A DNA stretch of 64,000 bases from a bacterium (GTDB taxonomy: Bacteria; Gemmatimonadota; Glassbacteria; GWA2-58-10): the NCBI GenBank assembly GCA_021372515.1, contig JAJFUG010000180.1:64240-128239 (forward strand), written 5' to 3'. A program made the translations under genes and the position numbers. The notes below the pieces were generated by a model that worked only from the letters and a program-made list of their open reading frames with translations, did no database searches and had not been told where the DNA came from. Each line of letters starts with the position of its first letter. Position 1 is the first letter of the stretch. Shown piece by piece: positions 10,021 to 18,880 of the stretch.

Positions 10021-10075
10021 TCCCGCGGACCCGCCTTTCCGCGCAACCTCTTAATCCACGCACGGATTGTGTGTA

Positions 10076-11743
10076 ATGAACCGACGAGCATCCAGCATCC
10101 AGAGCGGCAGTGCATCGGTCGAAGAGAGCCAGGAGACTGTGGAAACCCCGGTTGTGGAGACGAGGATCAGACAGGCGCGTGAGCCCCTGAGCGCCAGGCG
10201 GAAGCTTCGCCTTAGGCGCGCCGGGCACGAGCATCTGGCCGAGGCCGAGGTGCAGAGTGGTGGTGGTGATGATCCGGTCAAGCTGTACCTTCAGGAGATG
10301 GGCCGGGTGCCCCTGCTCGACCGCCAGGGTGAGATCGCCCTGGCCGAGGTGATCGACCAGGGGCGGCGCAAGGTTCGCGCCGCGGTGTTCGAGAGCCTCC
10401 AGTCGTTCCGCCTTCTGATCGAGGGCAAGGACATGCTGGAGTGCGAGAACATCACGATCGAGGAGTTTGTCGAGACCGACCTGAGCGACTGGAAAGGCAG
10501 CTACCTGGGCAATCGGGAGAAGAACCGTATCCTCAAGATGCTGGCCAGGGCCGAGTCCCAGTTCCGCGAGCTGGAACAGACTATGCTGGCGCTGGAGTCG
10601 GCAGGGCCGGGCGCCGGGCGTGAGGGGCTGGAGAGCCGGATCACGGCGGAGCGCCGCACCCTGCGCAACGCTTTCGCCCGCATACCGGTGAACTCCTCGC
10701 AGATCCAGAAACTGGTGGACTCCATCGCGGATGTCTGCGCCGAGGTGGAGGACGTTATGCGGCGGCTCGAATACCTGGACCGGGTGCTGGTCCGGGTGCG
10801 CAAGGCGGCGCGGCCACTGCCCGCGGCGCAGATACGCCAGTACCTGGCGCGCAAGGCCGGGATGGGGTATTTCGGCGATGGGGCCGAGGGCGACCTGAGC
10901 GCCTACCGCGACGAGATCGCCGCCCGCCTGACCCGCCTGGAACACGATTGCGGGCTGGCCGGCCGCGAGATACTGCGCCTCGGACGCCGTCTGACCAAGT
11001 ACAACGAGGCCGTGGCAGAGGCCAAGCAGATGCTGATCAAGTCGAACGTGCGGCTGGTCATCTCGGTGGCCAAGCGCTATGTCAACCGCGGCCTGGAGTT
11101 CCTGGACCTGATCCAGGAGGGCAACAAGGGACTGATGCGCGCCACCGAGAAATTCGATTGCCGCAAGGGCTACAAGTTCTCGACCTACGCCACCTGGTGG
11201 ATCCGCCAGGCCATCACGCGCGCCATCGCCGACCAGGCCCGGGTGATCCGCGTGCCGGTGCACATGATAGAGACCTTGAACAAGGTCAACCGCATCGCCT
11301 GGAAGCTGGTCCAGGAGTTCGGCGCCGAGCCCTCCCCCGAGCAGATCAGCGCTCAGCTCGGCCTCCCGGTGGACAAGGTGCGCGAGGTGATGAAGATCAG
11401 CCAGGAGACGGTCTCGCTCAACGATTTCATCAAGGAGGGCGAGGACAGCTCGCTGGGTGAGCTGATCGAGGACACCGAGTTCGACTCGCCGGCCCGCACG
11501 GCGGCCTACTCGATGCTGCGCGACCAGATCACCACCGCTCTGGGCTCGCTGACCGCGCGCGAGGAAAAAGTGATCCGCCTGAGATTCGGGATCGACGACG
11601 GGTGCCCGCGTACGCTGGAGGAGGTGGGCGAAATCTTCAACATCACCCGCGAGCGTGTGCGCCAGATCGAGGCCAAGGCCCTGACCAAGTTGCGCCACCC
11701 CAGCCGCAGCGGCATCCTGAAAAAGTATATGTTTTTCCCTTGA
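10076..11743 (+). CDS. rpoD: RNA polymerase primary sigma factor RpoD/SigA
   Basis: Regions 1.1, 1.2, 2 ([27 protein letters not shown]), 3 and 4 ([24 protein letters not shown]) are all present. ATG at 10076. Confidence 0.95.
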   Translation: MNRRASSIQSGSASVEESQETVETPVVETRIRQAREPLSARRKLRLRRAGHEHLAEAEVQSGGGDDPVKLYLQEMGRVPLLDRQGEIALAEVIDQGRRKVRAAVFESLQSFRLLIEGKDMLECENITIEEFVETDLSDWKGSYLGNREKNRILKMLARAESQFRELEQTMLALESAGPGAGREGLESRITAERRTLRNAFARIPVNSSQIQKLVDSIADVCAEVEDVMRRLEYLDRVLVRVRKAARPLPAAQIRQYLARKAGMGYFGDGAEGDLSAYRDEIAARLTRLEHDCGLAGREILRLGRRLTKYNEAVAEAKQMLIKSNVRLVISVAKRYVNRGLEFLDLIQEGNKGLMRATEKFDCRKGYKFSTYATWWIRQAITRAIADQARVIRVPVHMIETLNKVNRIAWKLVQEFGAEPSPEQISAQLGLPVDKVREVMKISQETVSLNDFIKEGEDSSLGELIEDTEFDSPARTAAYSMLRDQITTALGSLTAREEKVIRLRFGIDDGCPRTLEEVGEIFNITRERVRQIEAKALTKLRHPSRSGILKKYMFFP

Positions 11744-11766
11744 GTCCGGTGAGCGGATAAATAGGG

Positions 11767-11795
11767 TTGACAAGCGGGCCTTCGGTGATTAACTT
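11767..11795 (+). promoter_or_regulatory. Putative promoter for the tRNA pair (TTGACA-17-TAACTT)
   Basis: Perfect -35 TTGACA at 11767-11772, 17-nt spacer, TAACTT at 11790-11795. It sits 20 nt upstream of the first tRNA. Confidence 0.45.
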
Positions 11796-11814
11796 GAATC
11801 TCTCTTAGCGGGAG

Positions 11815-11891
<77 letters not shown>

Positions 11892-11903
11892 TATTGAATC
11901 AAT

Positions 11904-11979
11904 GGGCGATTGGCTCAGCGGCTAGAGCGTCCGGTTCACATCCGGAAGATCACTGGTTCAAATCCAGTATCGCCCACCA
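11904..11979 (+). tRNA. tRNA-Val (CAC anticodon)
   Basis: Acceptor GGGCGAT/ATCGCCC, anticodon stem tccgg/ccgga with loop ttCACat, T-arm actgg-ttcaaat-ccagt, encoded CCA. Confidence 0.75.
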
Positions 11980-12058
11980 TTTTGAAAACAACCGTTCTTA
12001 TGGAACATTCAAAATACACTGTCGACGTGTCATATTCTTCCGGGGCTTGGTGCAATGG

Positions 12059-12092
12059 AAGTGTACTGTCCGAGGACGGTACACTTTTTTGT
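12059..12092 (+). terminator. Intrinsic terminator after the tRNA pair
   Basis: gtgtactgtc-cgag-gacggtacac (10-bp stem with one G-U pair) followed by ttttttgttt. Confidence 0.7.
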
Positions 12093-12168
12093 TTCTGAGG
12101 GTTTCATAAGATATGGCGGGGCGGGGAAAGCAGCGCAAGGGTCCATCACGACGTTCAGGAGGGGGAGG

Positions 12169-12888
12169 ATGGAAGAACCACTGGAACTCCTGTTGAGGCT
12201 CCAGGAGATCGATGTCGAGATCAACGAAATCCAGGGCCGCAGGTCGACGATCCCGGCGCAGATTGAGGCGCTGGAACACGAAATGGATTCGGCCCGCCAG
12301 GAACTTGTCGACAAGGAATCCCAGTTGAAAGCGGCCCGTCTCGTCATCCGCGAGACCGAGGGCCGGGTGGCTCAGCTGGACGAGGGCTCAAACCGCTACA
12401 AGCAGCAGTTGCTCGCGGTCAAGAGCAACCGCGAGTACTCGGCCCTGCTGACAGAGATTGAGGCGATAAAGCGGGAGAAGGCGGAGCTGGAGGAGCGCAT
12501 CATCAGCCGCATGGAGCAGATCGAGCAGTTGAACCAGTCCCTCGATCAGTCCCGCGCCTCCCTGGCGGACCAGGAGAGCGGTCGCCGCGAGCAGTACGAC
12601 AGCCTCAAGGGCCAGATTCAGGACCTGGACGAGCAGATCGCCATCCGCCGTCAGAAGCGCGAGGGCCTGTCGGTGCGGGTCAAGCCGCGTCTGCTCGTTC
12701 TGTACGAACGGATCATGGGCTCGCGGGTAAACCAGGCGGTGGTAGCCCTGCGCAACGGAAGTTGCGGCGGGTGCCACGCGATGATCCCGCTCCAGCAGGT
12801 GAACGATATCCGCAAGGGCCGGGACATCCACACCTGCGAAAACTGCGGGCGGATACTGTATTACGAAGAAAACGGCAACGGGGCCTGA
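12169..12888 (+). CDS. COG1579/DUF164-type coiled-coil zinc-ribbon protein
   Basis: Long coiled coil followed by a C-terminal CGGCHAMIPLQQ...HTCENCGRILYY zinc ribbon. ATG at 12169 preceded by ggggagg. The track ORF from 12055 runs across the tRNA terminator. Confidence 0.7.
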   Translation: MEEPLELLLRLQEIDVEINEIQGRRSTIPAQIEALEHEMDSARQELVDKESQLKAARLVIRETEGRVAQLDEGSNRYKQQLLAVKSNREYSALLTEIEAIKREKAELEERIISRMEQIEQLNQSLDQSRASLADQESGRREQYDSLKGQIQDLDEQIAIRRQKREGLSVRVKPRLLVLYERIMGSRVNQAVVALRNGSCGGCHAMIPLQQVNDIRKGRDIHTCENCGRILYYEENGNGA

Positions 12889-12913
12889 ACCGGCCGCGTG
12901 GAGCCTTAAGGCA

Positions 12914-13287
12914 GGGAGCGAAGCGGACAGCCGCGGTCGGCTCACCGCAAGGCCGGCCGAGGAAAGTCCGGACTCCGCAGAGCAGGATGCTGGATAACGT
13001 CCAGGCAGGGTGACCTGACGGAAAGTGCCACAGAAAACATACCGCCCCGCACCCTCGGGTCGGGGTAAGGGTGAAAAGGTGCGGTAAGAGCGCACCGCTC
13101 GTCCGGTGACGGACGGGGCAGGGTAAACCCCATCCGGAGCAAGACCGAATAGGGGAGGAGAGGCGGCTCGTCTCGCTCGACTCCCGGGTAGGTTGCATCA
13201 GAGCGGCGGGAGCAATCCCCCGCCAAGATGAATGGCTGTCGCCCCGCTCTCGGGCGGGGTACAGAATCCGGCTTATGCTTCGCTCCC
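12914..13287 (+). ncRNA. rnpB: RNase P RNA, bacterial type A
   Basis: Universal motifs GAGGAAAGTCCGGACTC, GGAAAGTGCCACAGAAA, GGTAAGAGCGCACC, GGGTAAACCCCATCCGGAGCAA and ACAGAATCCGGCTTAT. P1 helix gggagcgaagc (12914-12924) pairs with gcttcgctccc (13277-13287). Confidence 0.9.
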
Positions 13288-13336
13288 GTAAATTTTTCAG
13301 CAGCACCCGATAATTCTCAGCCAGGGTGGAAGAGCG

Positions 13337-15046
13337 ATGAAGTATCGTTGGGTCAGCCCCGCCGTACCAGAGGCTGCGCCGCAGCCTGAGTTAAACAGCC
13401 GCTTCGGGCTCCATCCCCTGGTGGCCAGGATTCTTTCCAATCGCGGGTTTTTCGGCGAGGCTGAGATCGAGCGCTTTCTGCACCCCAACCTGGATGACCT
13501 GTACGACCCGCACCTGATGCTGGGCATGGAGCCGGCCGTGGTGCGCCTGGCCGAGGCCCTGGGCCGCCGTGAGAAAATCGTGGTCTACGGTGATTACGAC
13601 GTGGACGGGATCACCTCGATTTCGCTGATGGTGCGCTACCTGCGCCAGCTGGGCGGCTCGGTGGGCTACTACATCCCAAACCGTATGGTCGAGGGCTACG
13701 GCATCACCGAGGTGGGAATCGACGCCGTGGCGGCGATGGGAGCCACGCTGCTGGTCACGGTCGACTGCGGGATCACCGCGGTGGAGGCTATCGAGTACGC
13801 CAAGAGCAAGGGCATGGACGTGATAGTCACAGACCATCACGAGCCGGGCCCCGAGATACCGGAAGCCACGGCCATCCTCAACCCCAAGCAGCCGGGGGAC
13901 ACCTATCCCGAGAAGGAGCTGGCCGGGATCGGAGTGGCGTTCAAGCTCTGCCAGGGACTCTGCCGCCGTATGGGCGAGAATGAGAACGAGCTGTACGAGC
14001 ACCTCGACCTGGTGGCTGTGGGCTCCATCGCCGATATAGTGCCGCTGTTGGGTGAGAACCGCATTTTCGCCCGGGTGGGGCTGGAGAAGCTCAAGACCTC
14101 GCGCAAGCCGGGCATCCAGGCGCTGATCGAGCTGGCCGGGCTGAGCGAGAAGAAGCTGGGCAGCGCGGACGTGGTGTTCTCGATGGCCCCGCGGATCAAC
14201 GCGGTGGGCCGCATGGGCGATGCCCTGCGCGGGGTGGAGCTGTTCCTGACCGACGACATGGAGCAGGCCATGCGCCTGGCCCAGGTGCTGGACCAGGAGA
14301 ACCGCTCCCGCCGCGAGGTGGACAACCAAACCCTGCTCGAGGCGCGCCGGATGATCGAGGACACGGTGGACCTGGAGAACCGCTGGTCAATCGTGATCCA
14401 CTCGCGCAACTGGCACCCCGGGGTGCTGGGCATAGTGGCCTCGCGCATTGTCGAGGAATACTACCGTCCCACCGTGCTGATCACTTTCGATGACGAGGGC
14501 GAGGGCAAGGGCTCGGCGCGCTCGATCGCCAATTTCCACCTCTACGAGGCGCTCAAGAGTTGCGGCCACTGCCTGGATGTGTTCGGCGGGCACAAGTACG
14601 CCGCGGGCCTTCAGCTCAAGCAGCACGACCTGGAGGAGTTCGTCGAGGCTTTCGACCGGGCGGCGCACGATATGCTCAGCCTGGAGGACCTCACCCCCGA
14701 GATCATGGTCGACCTGGAGGTGAATCTGGAGCAGGCCGACTACGACCTTCTGCACTGCATGCAGATGTTTCAGCCCTACGGTCCGGGCAATCCCAAGCCG
14801 GTGCTGGTGGCCAACGACCTTTCGGTGGTGGGCTATCCGCGGATCGTGGGCAACAACCACCTGAAAATGCGGGTGCGTCACAACGGCCGTCAGATCGACG
14901 CGATCGGGTTCCACCTGGCCGACAAGCTCAAAGAGATCAACACGGCCCGGGACAAGATCAGCATGGCGTTCGTGCTGGAGGAGAACGAGTGGAACAACAT
15001 GCGTCACCTCCAGGCCAACATCAAGGATATCAAGGTTTACGAATAG
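13337..15046 (+). CDS. recJ: Single-stranded-DNA-specific exonuclease RecJ
   Basis: DHH motifs (VVYGDYDVDGITS, TDHH) and a DHHA1 domain. 569 aa. Confidence 0.9.
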   Translation: MKYRWVSPAVPEAAPQPELNSRFGLHPLVARILSNRGFFGEAEIERFLHPNLDDLYDPHLMLGMEPAVVRLAEALGRREKIVVYGDYDVDGITSISLMVRYLRQLGGSVGYYIPNRMVEGYGITEVGIDAVAAMGATLLVTVDCGITAVEAIEYAKSKGMDVIVTDHHEPGPEIPEATAILNPKQPGDTYPEKELAGIGVAFKLCQGLCRRMGENENELYEHLDLVAVGSIADIVPLLGENRIFARVGLEKLKTSRKPGIQALIELAGLSEKKLGSADVVFSMAPRINAVGRMGDALRGVELFLTDDMEQAMRLAQVLDQENRSRREVDNQTLLEARRMIEDTVDLENRWSIVIHSRNWHPGVLGIVASRIVEEYYRPTVLITFDDEGEGKGSARSIANFHLYEALKSCGHCLDVFGGHKYAAGLQLKQHDLEEFVEAFDRAAHDMLSLEDLTPEIMVDLEVNLEQADYDLLHCMQMFQPYGPGNPKPVLVANDLSVVGYPRIVGNNHLKMRVRHNGRQIDAIGFHLADKLKEINTARDKISMAFVLEENEWNNMRHLQANIKDIKVYE

Positions 15047-15607
15047 ATGCGGATTATCGCCGGGCGTTTTCGCGGCCGGAAGCTGCAGGCGCCCGCCGGG
15101 CGCGTGGTGCGGCCGACCGGTGACAGGCTTAAGGAGTCGATGTTCTCCGCTCTCGGGGACGTCTGCCAGGGGGCCGGCGTCCTCGATCTTTTTGCGGGCA
15201 GCGGGGCGCTGGGCCTGGAGGCCCTGAGCCGCGGGGCGAACCGGGTGGTTTTCGTGGACAATTCGCGCACCTCGCTGGCCGCGCTCGAGCGGAACATCAC
15301 CACGCTTCAGGTGCGCGAGCAGTGCGGGGTGACCTGCGCCGAGGCGGTGCATTTCCTGTCCCGCGAGAGCGCCGAGTGGTTTGACCTGGTGTTCGCCGAC
15401 CCGCCCTACGGCCAGGGCCTGGACCGCCGGGTCCTGGACTGGTGGCTGTCCGGCGCGGCCCGTCCCGGCGCGGTGCTGGTCCTGGAGTATCCGGCCGAGG
15501 CGCCGCCGCAGCGCCCGGATGACAACCTTCAGCCGCTGAAGGAGCGCGCTTTCGGCGCCGGGGCCTACAGCATCTATCTCCGGCCCGAGGAAAGGACAGC
15601 CCTGTGA
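15047..15607 (+). CDS. rsmD: 16S rRNA (guanine966-N2)-methyltransferase RsmD
   Basis: MRIIAGRFRGRKL, VLDLFAGSGALGLEALSRGA and FADPPY motifs. Start codon abuts the recJ stop. Confidence 0.85.
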   Translation: MRIIAGRFRGRKLQAPAGRVVRPTGDRLKESMFSALGDVCQGAGVLDLFAGSGALGLEALSRGANRVVFVDNSRTSLAALERNITTLQVREQCGVTCAEAVHFLSRESAEWFDLVFADPPYGQGLDRRVLDWWLSGAARPGAVLVLEYPAEAPPQRPDDNLQPLKERAFGAGAYSIYLRPEERTAL

Positions 15608-16095
15608 GGATCGGCATCTACCCCGGATCGTTCGACCCGATCACCCTCGGCCACATGGACATCATCCGCCGGGGCCTCAAGCTGGTCGACCACCTGATAA
15701 TCGCCGTGGCCAAGTCACCGAGCAAGCGCACCACATTCGGCCCCCAGGAGCGCCGGGACATGATCCACGAGTCCCTGGCCGAAATGGGCCTCGACCTGGA
15801 GGTGGATCTGTTCGAGGGGCTGCTGGTCGACTATGCCCGACGGCGCGGCGCGGTGGTCATTTTCCGTGGCCTGCGCGCGGTCTCCGATTTCGAGTTCGAG
15901 TTCCAGATGGCCCTGATGAACAAGAAACTCGACCCGGAGATAGAGGTGGTTTTCATGGCCCCCGAGCAGGAGTACATCTACCTCAGCTCCAGCCTGGTGC
16001 GGGAGGTGGCCTCCCTGGGCGGTCAGGTCTCGGACCTGGTGACCGAATGCGTGGCCCGCAAGCTTTACGGGCGTTTTCAGTCCGACCGGCGATGA
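15604..16095 (+). CDS. coaD: Phosphopantetheine adenylyltransferase CoaD
   Basis: IGIYPGSFDPITLGHMDII nucleotidyltransferase motif. Overlaps the rsmD stop by 4 nt; rsmD-coaD is a conserved pair. Confidence 0.9.
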   Translation: MRIGIYPGSFDPITLGHMDIIRRGLKLVDHLIIAVAKSPSKRTTFGPQERRDMIHESLAEMGLDLEVDLFEGLLVDYARRRGAVVIFRGLRAVSDFEFEFQMALMNKKLDPEIEVVFMAPEQEYIYLSSSLVREVASLGGQVSDLVTECVARKLYGRFQSDRR

Positions 16096-16175
16096 GGTGG
16101 GATTGATTACTGTCAGTTCAGGGTGGGTGTTGTGGCGAACAGGCAATAAAATCAAGGCTTTTCGTCAACTTTTCC

Positions 16176-16204
16176 TTGCATTTTCTCAGTGGCGGGGTTA
16201 TTTT
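16176..16204 (+). promoter_or_regulatory. Putative promoter (TTGCAT-17-TATTTT) for the rimP-nusA-infB operon
   Basis: TTGCAT at 16176-16181, 17-nt spacer, TATTTT at 16199-16204. It lies immediately upstream of a strong hairpin plus U-tract. Confidence 0.4.
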
Positions 16205-16212
16205 TTAAGAGA

Positions 16213-16242
16213 AGAGTGGGGACCGCCCCACTCTTTCTTTTT
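16213..16242 (+). terminator. Intrinsic terminator or leader attenuator between coaD and rimP
   Basis: agagtgggg-accg-ccccactct (9-bp stem) followed by ttcttttt. It could terminate coaD and/or act as a NusA-responsive leader terminator for the downstream operon. Confidence 0.65.
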
Positions 16243-16281
16243 AAATGGGCTGTTTGAGGCCCACTGACCGCGGAGCCGATT

Positions 16282-16746
16282 ATGGAGCTGGAGGAACAAC
16301 TGGCCGAGGCCTGCGCGCCAGCCCTGGCCGCGGCAGGCCTGGAGCTGGTGCTGGTCGAGGTGGCCGGCCTGCCGCGCCGCCGCACCGTCCGGCTGTATAT
16401 AGACAAGCCGGAGGGGGTGGACGTGGAGGACTGCGCCCGCGCCAGCCGTCTGGTCGATCCGCTGATCGAGGCCGCGGGGGTCTTGACTGTCTCCTGGGTC
16501 CTGGAGGTCTCCTCACCGGGCCTGGAGCGTCCCCTGGTCAAGGCCGCCGATTACGAGCGCTTTACAGGCCGCAAGGCCCGGCTCAAGCTGAAACGCCCGT
16601 TGCTGGAGAACCGCCGGAACCTGACCGGCACACTGCTCGGGCTGGATGGGCAGGGACGGGCGCGCGTGCAGTTGGAGGGCTCAGAGGAAGTCCAGGTGGA
16701 GCTGGAGAATGTCGCCCGCGCCAACCTGATCTACGAGTGGAAATAA
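16282..16746 (+). CDS. rimP: Ribosome maturation factor RimP
   Basis: 154-aa RimP-like sequence (LVLVEVAGLPRRRTVRLYIDKPEGVDVEDCARASRLV) directly preceding nusA. Confidence 0.85.
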   Translation: MELEEQLAEACAPALAAAGLELVLVEVAGLPRRRTVRLYIDKPEGVDVEDCARASRLVDPLIEAAGVLTVSWVLEVSSPGLERPLVKAADYERFTGRKARLKLKRPLLENRRNLTGTLLGLDGQGRARVQLEGSEEVQVELENVARANLIYEWK

Positions 16747-16832
16747 CGACATGTCCGCCGGGCGAGCCATCCTCCCCGCCCGGTGGTCGAGGCTGTCAAT
16801 CCATACAACAGGCTGCAAACGGAGCTGTCAAA

Positions 16833-18629
16833 ATGATTAATCCGATTCTGGATGCCTTCGGCGAGATCGCGCGTGAAAAGAGTATCAGCCAGATCGAGCT
16901 GATCGAGATGATCGAGGCCGGGCTGGTGGCCGCGGTGCGCAAGCGCTACGGTGCGAACTGCGAGGTGAAAGTCCAGATCGAGCCCCGCGAGGGTCGGATC
17001 CGGATCCAGGTGGGACGCCACGTGGTGGAGACGGTCGAGGACACTACGGCCCAGGTCGCTCTGGAGGAGGCACAGCGGATTGACCCCAAGATCGCCCTGG
17101 AGGGAATCCTCTGGAACGAGGTGCCGTTCTCCGATTTCGGCCGCAACGCGATCCAGGCCGCCAAGCAGGTGGTGATCCAGCGCATCCGCGAGGCCGAGCG
17201 CGACAAGATCCGCTCCGAGTACTCGGGCAAGATCGGCGAGCTGCTCTCGGGCACGATCCAGCAGGTGGAGCGGGGCAACTATGTTGTGTTCCTGAACCGG
17301 CAGACCGAGGCGATCATGCCGATGAAGGAGACCAACCGCAAGGACCATTTCAAGCAGGGCGATCCGGTGCGCGCCTGCCTGATCGATATCCGCGAGACCA
17401 CCAAGGGTCCGCAGCTCATCCTGAGCCGCACTCATGAGTCGTTCCTCAAGGCCCTGTTCCAGTTGGAGGTGCCCGAGATATACCAGGGCATCATCGACAT
17501 CCGGGGCGTGGTGCGCGAGGCGGGCAGCCGGGCCAAGATCGCGGTCTACTCGCACGATGACCACATCGACGCCGTGGGGGCCTGCGTGGGCCTCAAGGGC
17601 AGCCGGGTCCAGGCCGTGGTCAACGAGCTGGGCGGCGAACGGATCGACATCATCCCGTTCAGCGACGAGCCGCAGGAGTACGTGCGCGCCGCGCTCAATC
17701 CGGCCAAGATCTACCGCACCTCGATCAACCGCGAGGACGGCCAGGTGAACGTGGTAATCGAGGATGACCAGCTCTCCCTGGCGATCGGCAAGAACGGCCA
17801 GAACGTGCGCCTGGCCTCCAAGCTCACCGGCTGGAAGATCGAGTTGATGACCAAGAAGGATTTCATGGCCCAGCGCGATGAGGGCCTGGCCGGTATCTTC
17901 GGGCCCAAGAAGCCCGCGTCGGATGAGTCTGCCGCCGGCGAGGGGTCGGAGAAGGAGCCGGTCGCGGTGGAACCGTCGCGGCCCGAGATCAAGCTGGCGG
18001 ACCTGTTTGCGCCCAAGGCGCCCGCGGCCAAGGCGCAGGAGCCCAAGGCGCCCGCGGCCAAAGCGCCGGAGCCCAAGGCGCCCGTGGCCAAAGCGCCGGA
18101 GCCCAAGGCGCCCATGGCCAAAGCGCCGGAGCCTGAGGAAGAGGCGCCGGAGGAGGAGTCCGTTCCGGCCGTGGCGGCCGCCGCAGCCGTGCCGGAGCAG
18201 GAGCCTGAGGGCGCGGGTCCGGAGGAGGGACCGGCCGTGGAGCAGGAGGAGCCGGTTGCCGAGGCGTCGCCTGCGGCGACTGAGGAGCCGGGGGCCGTGG
18301 AAGAGGCGGGTGAAGAGGCCGGGTTGGAAACCGGGGAAGAGGAGTATGAGAGCGGTCCGCGGCGCGATCTGGAAAAGCTCGGTCCGGAGCAGCAGGAGTT
18401 GATCGATAACCTGCCGGTGGAGGATTTCCCGCTCAACCTGATCGAGGCGATCTCGGGCAACGTCCGCGAGAAGCTGGAGGAGGCCGGTTACGACAGTTTC
18501 TACCAGCTCGTGCTGGCCGACCTGGAGGAGCTGTCTGGAGTGAAGGGGATCGGACGCAAGACAGCGACAAGAGTGAAGGAAATTGTGGATTATCTGGTTG
18601 AGCATTATTCCGAGGAGGAAGAAGACTGA
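16833..18629 (+). CDS. nusA: Transcription termination/antitermination factor NusA (with C-terminal acidic repeat domains and a Pro/Ala/Lys-rich repeat insertion)
   Basis: MINPILDAFGEIAREKSISQIELIE N-terminal domain, S1 domain, KH1/KH2 (GACVGLKGSRVQAV, LAIGKNGQNVRLASKLTGWKIEL) and a C-terminal HhH AR domain. ATG at 16833. The track ORF from 16245 is an in-frame upstream extension through rimP. Confidence 0.95.
   Translation: MINPILDAFGEIAREKSISQIELIEMIEAGLVAAVRKRYGANCEVKVQIEPREGRIRIQVGRHVVETVEDTTAQVALEEAQRIDPKIALEGILWNEVPFSDFGRNAIQAAKQVVIQRIREAERDKIRSEYSGKIGELLSGTIQQVERGNYVVFLNRQTEAIMPMKETNRKDHFKQGDPVRACLIDIRETTKGPQLILSRTHESFLKALFQLEVPEIYQGIIDIRGVVREAGSRAKIAVYSHDDHIDAVGACVGLKGSRVQAVVNELGGERIDIIPFSDEPQEYVRAALNPAKIYRTSINREDGQVNVVIEDDQLSLAIGKNGQNVRLASKLTGWKIELMTKKDFMAQRDEGLAGIFGPKKPASDESAAGEGSEKEPVAVEPSRPEIKLADLFAPKAPAAKAQEPKAPAAKAPEPKAPVAKAPEPKAPMAKAPEPEEEAPEEESVPAVAAAAAVPEQEPEGAGPEEGPAVEQEEPVAEASPAATEEPGAVEEAGEEAGLETGEEEYESGPRRDLEKLGPEQQELIDNLPVEDFPLNLIEAISGNVREKLEEAGYDSFYQLVLADLEELSGVKGIGRKTATRVKEIVDYLVEHYSEEEED
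18011..18130 (+). repeat. 4 x 30-nt perfect or near-perfect tandem repeat inside nusA, encoding PKAPAAKAQE, PKAPAAKAPE, PKAPVAKAPE and PKAPMAKAPE
   Basis: Unit gcccaaggcgcccgcggccaaRgcgcMgga repeated four times in tandem, with 1-3 substitutions per copy. Confidence 0.9.
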
Positions 18630-18808
18630 TCTTGGCGCGGCGGCCTTCAGACACTGAAGTGCCTATATTATCAATAAGTGGATAAACTATTTACAAATAG
18701 CAGCCGTGCTGCTATTATAGATGGATATTGGAATTCGTGTCTCAGGCGCCGGTCGATGCCGCGCCCGCGAGATTTACGGCCCAGAACGGTCTGCGCTGAC
18801 GGCTCGAG

Positions 18809-18835
18809 AGGTCTCCCGAGGCAAGCGGGAGACCT
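18809..18835 (+). promoter_or_regulatory. Stable stem-loop in the nusA-infB spacer
   Basis: aggtctcccg-aggcaag-cgggagacct is a 10-bp perfect stem. A second 8-bp hairpin, atagcagc-cgt-gctgctat, lies at 18697-18715. No ylxR or L7Ae genes are present here. Confidence 0.35.
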
Positions 18836-18880
18836 GTGGTTCGGCAGTTACGGATGTAATTTAAAATTGAGGAGAAGACT

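Noticed and set aside
11894-12109. Two small plus-strand ORFs (11894..12109, 11910..12098) and minus ORFs (11998..12347) over the tRNA-Val / terminator region
   Set aside because: They overlap a canonical tRNA and an intrinsic terminator. There is no coding signal.
12388-13306. Minus-strand ORFs 12388..13095, 12713..13306 and 12942..13226 over rnpB
   Set aside because: The region carries all universal RNase P RNA motifs on the plus strand. The ORFs are antisense artefacts.
16245-16832. Track ORF 16245..18629 (794 aa) suggests a much longer NusA
   Set aside because: The upstream part is an in-frame read-through of the rimP region in another frame (Gly/Arg/Pro-rich). The canonical NusA N-terminus MINPILDAFGEI starts at 16833 with an RBS-like ggagctg.
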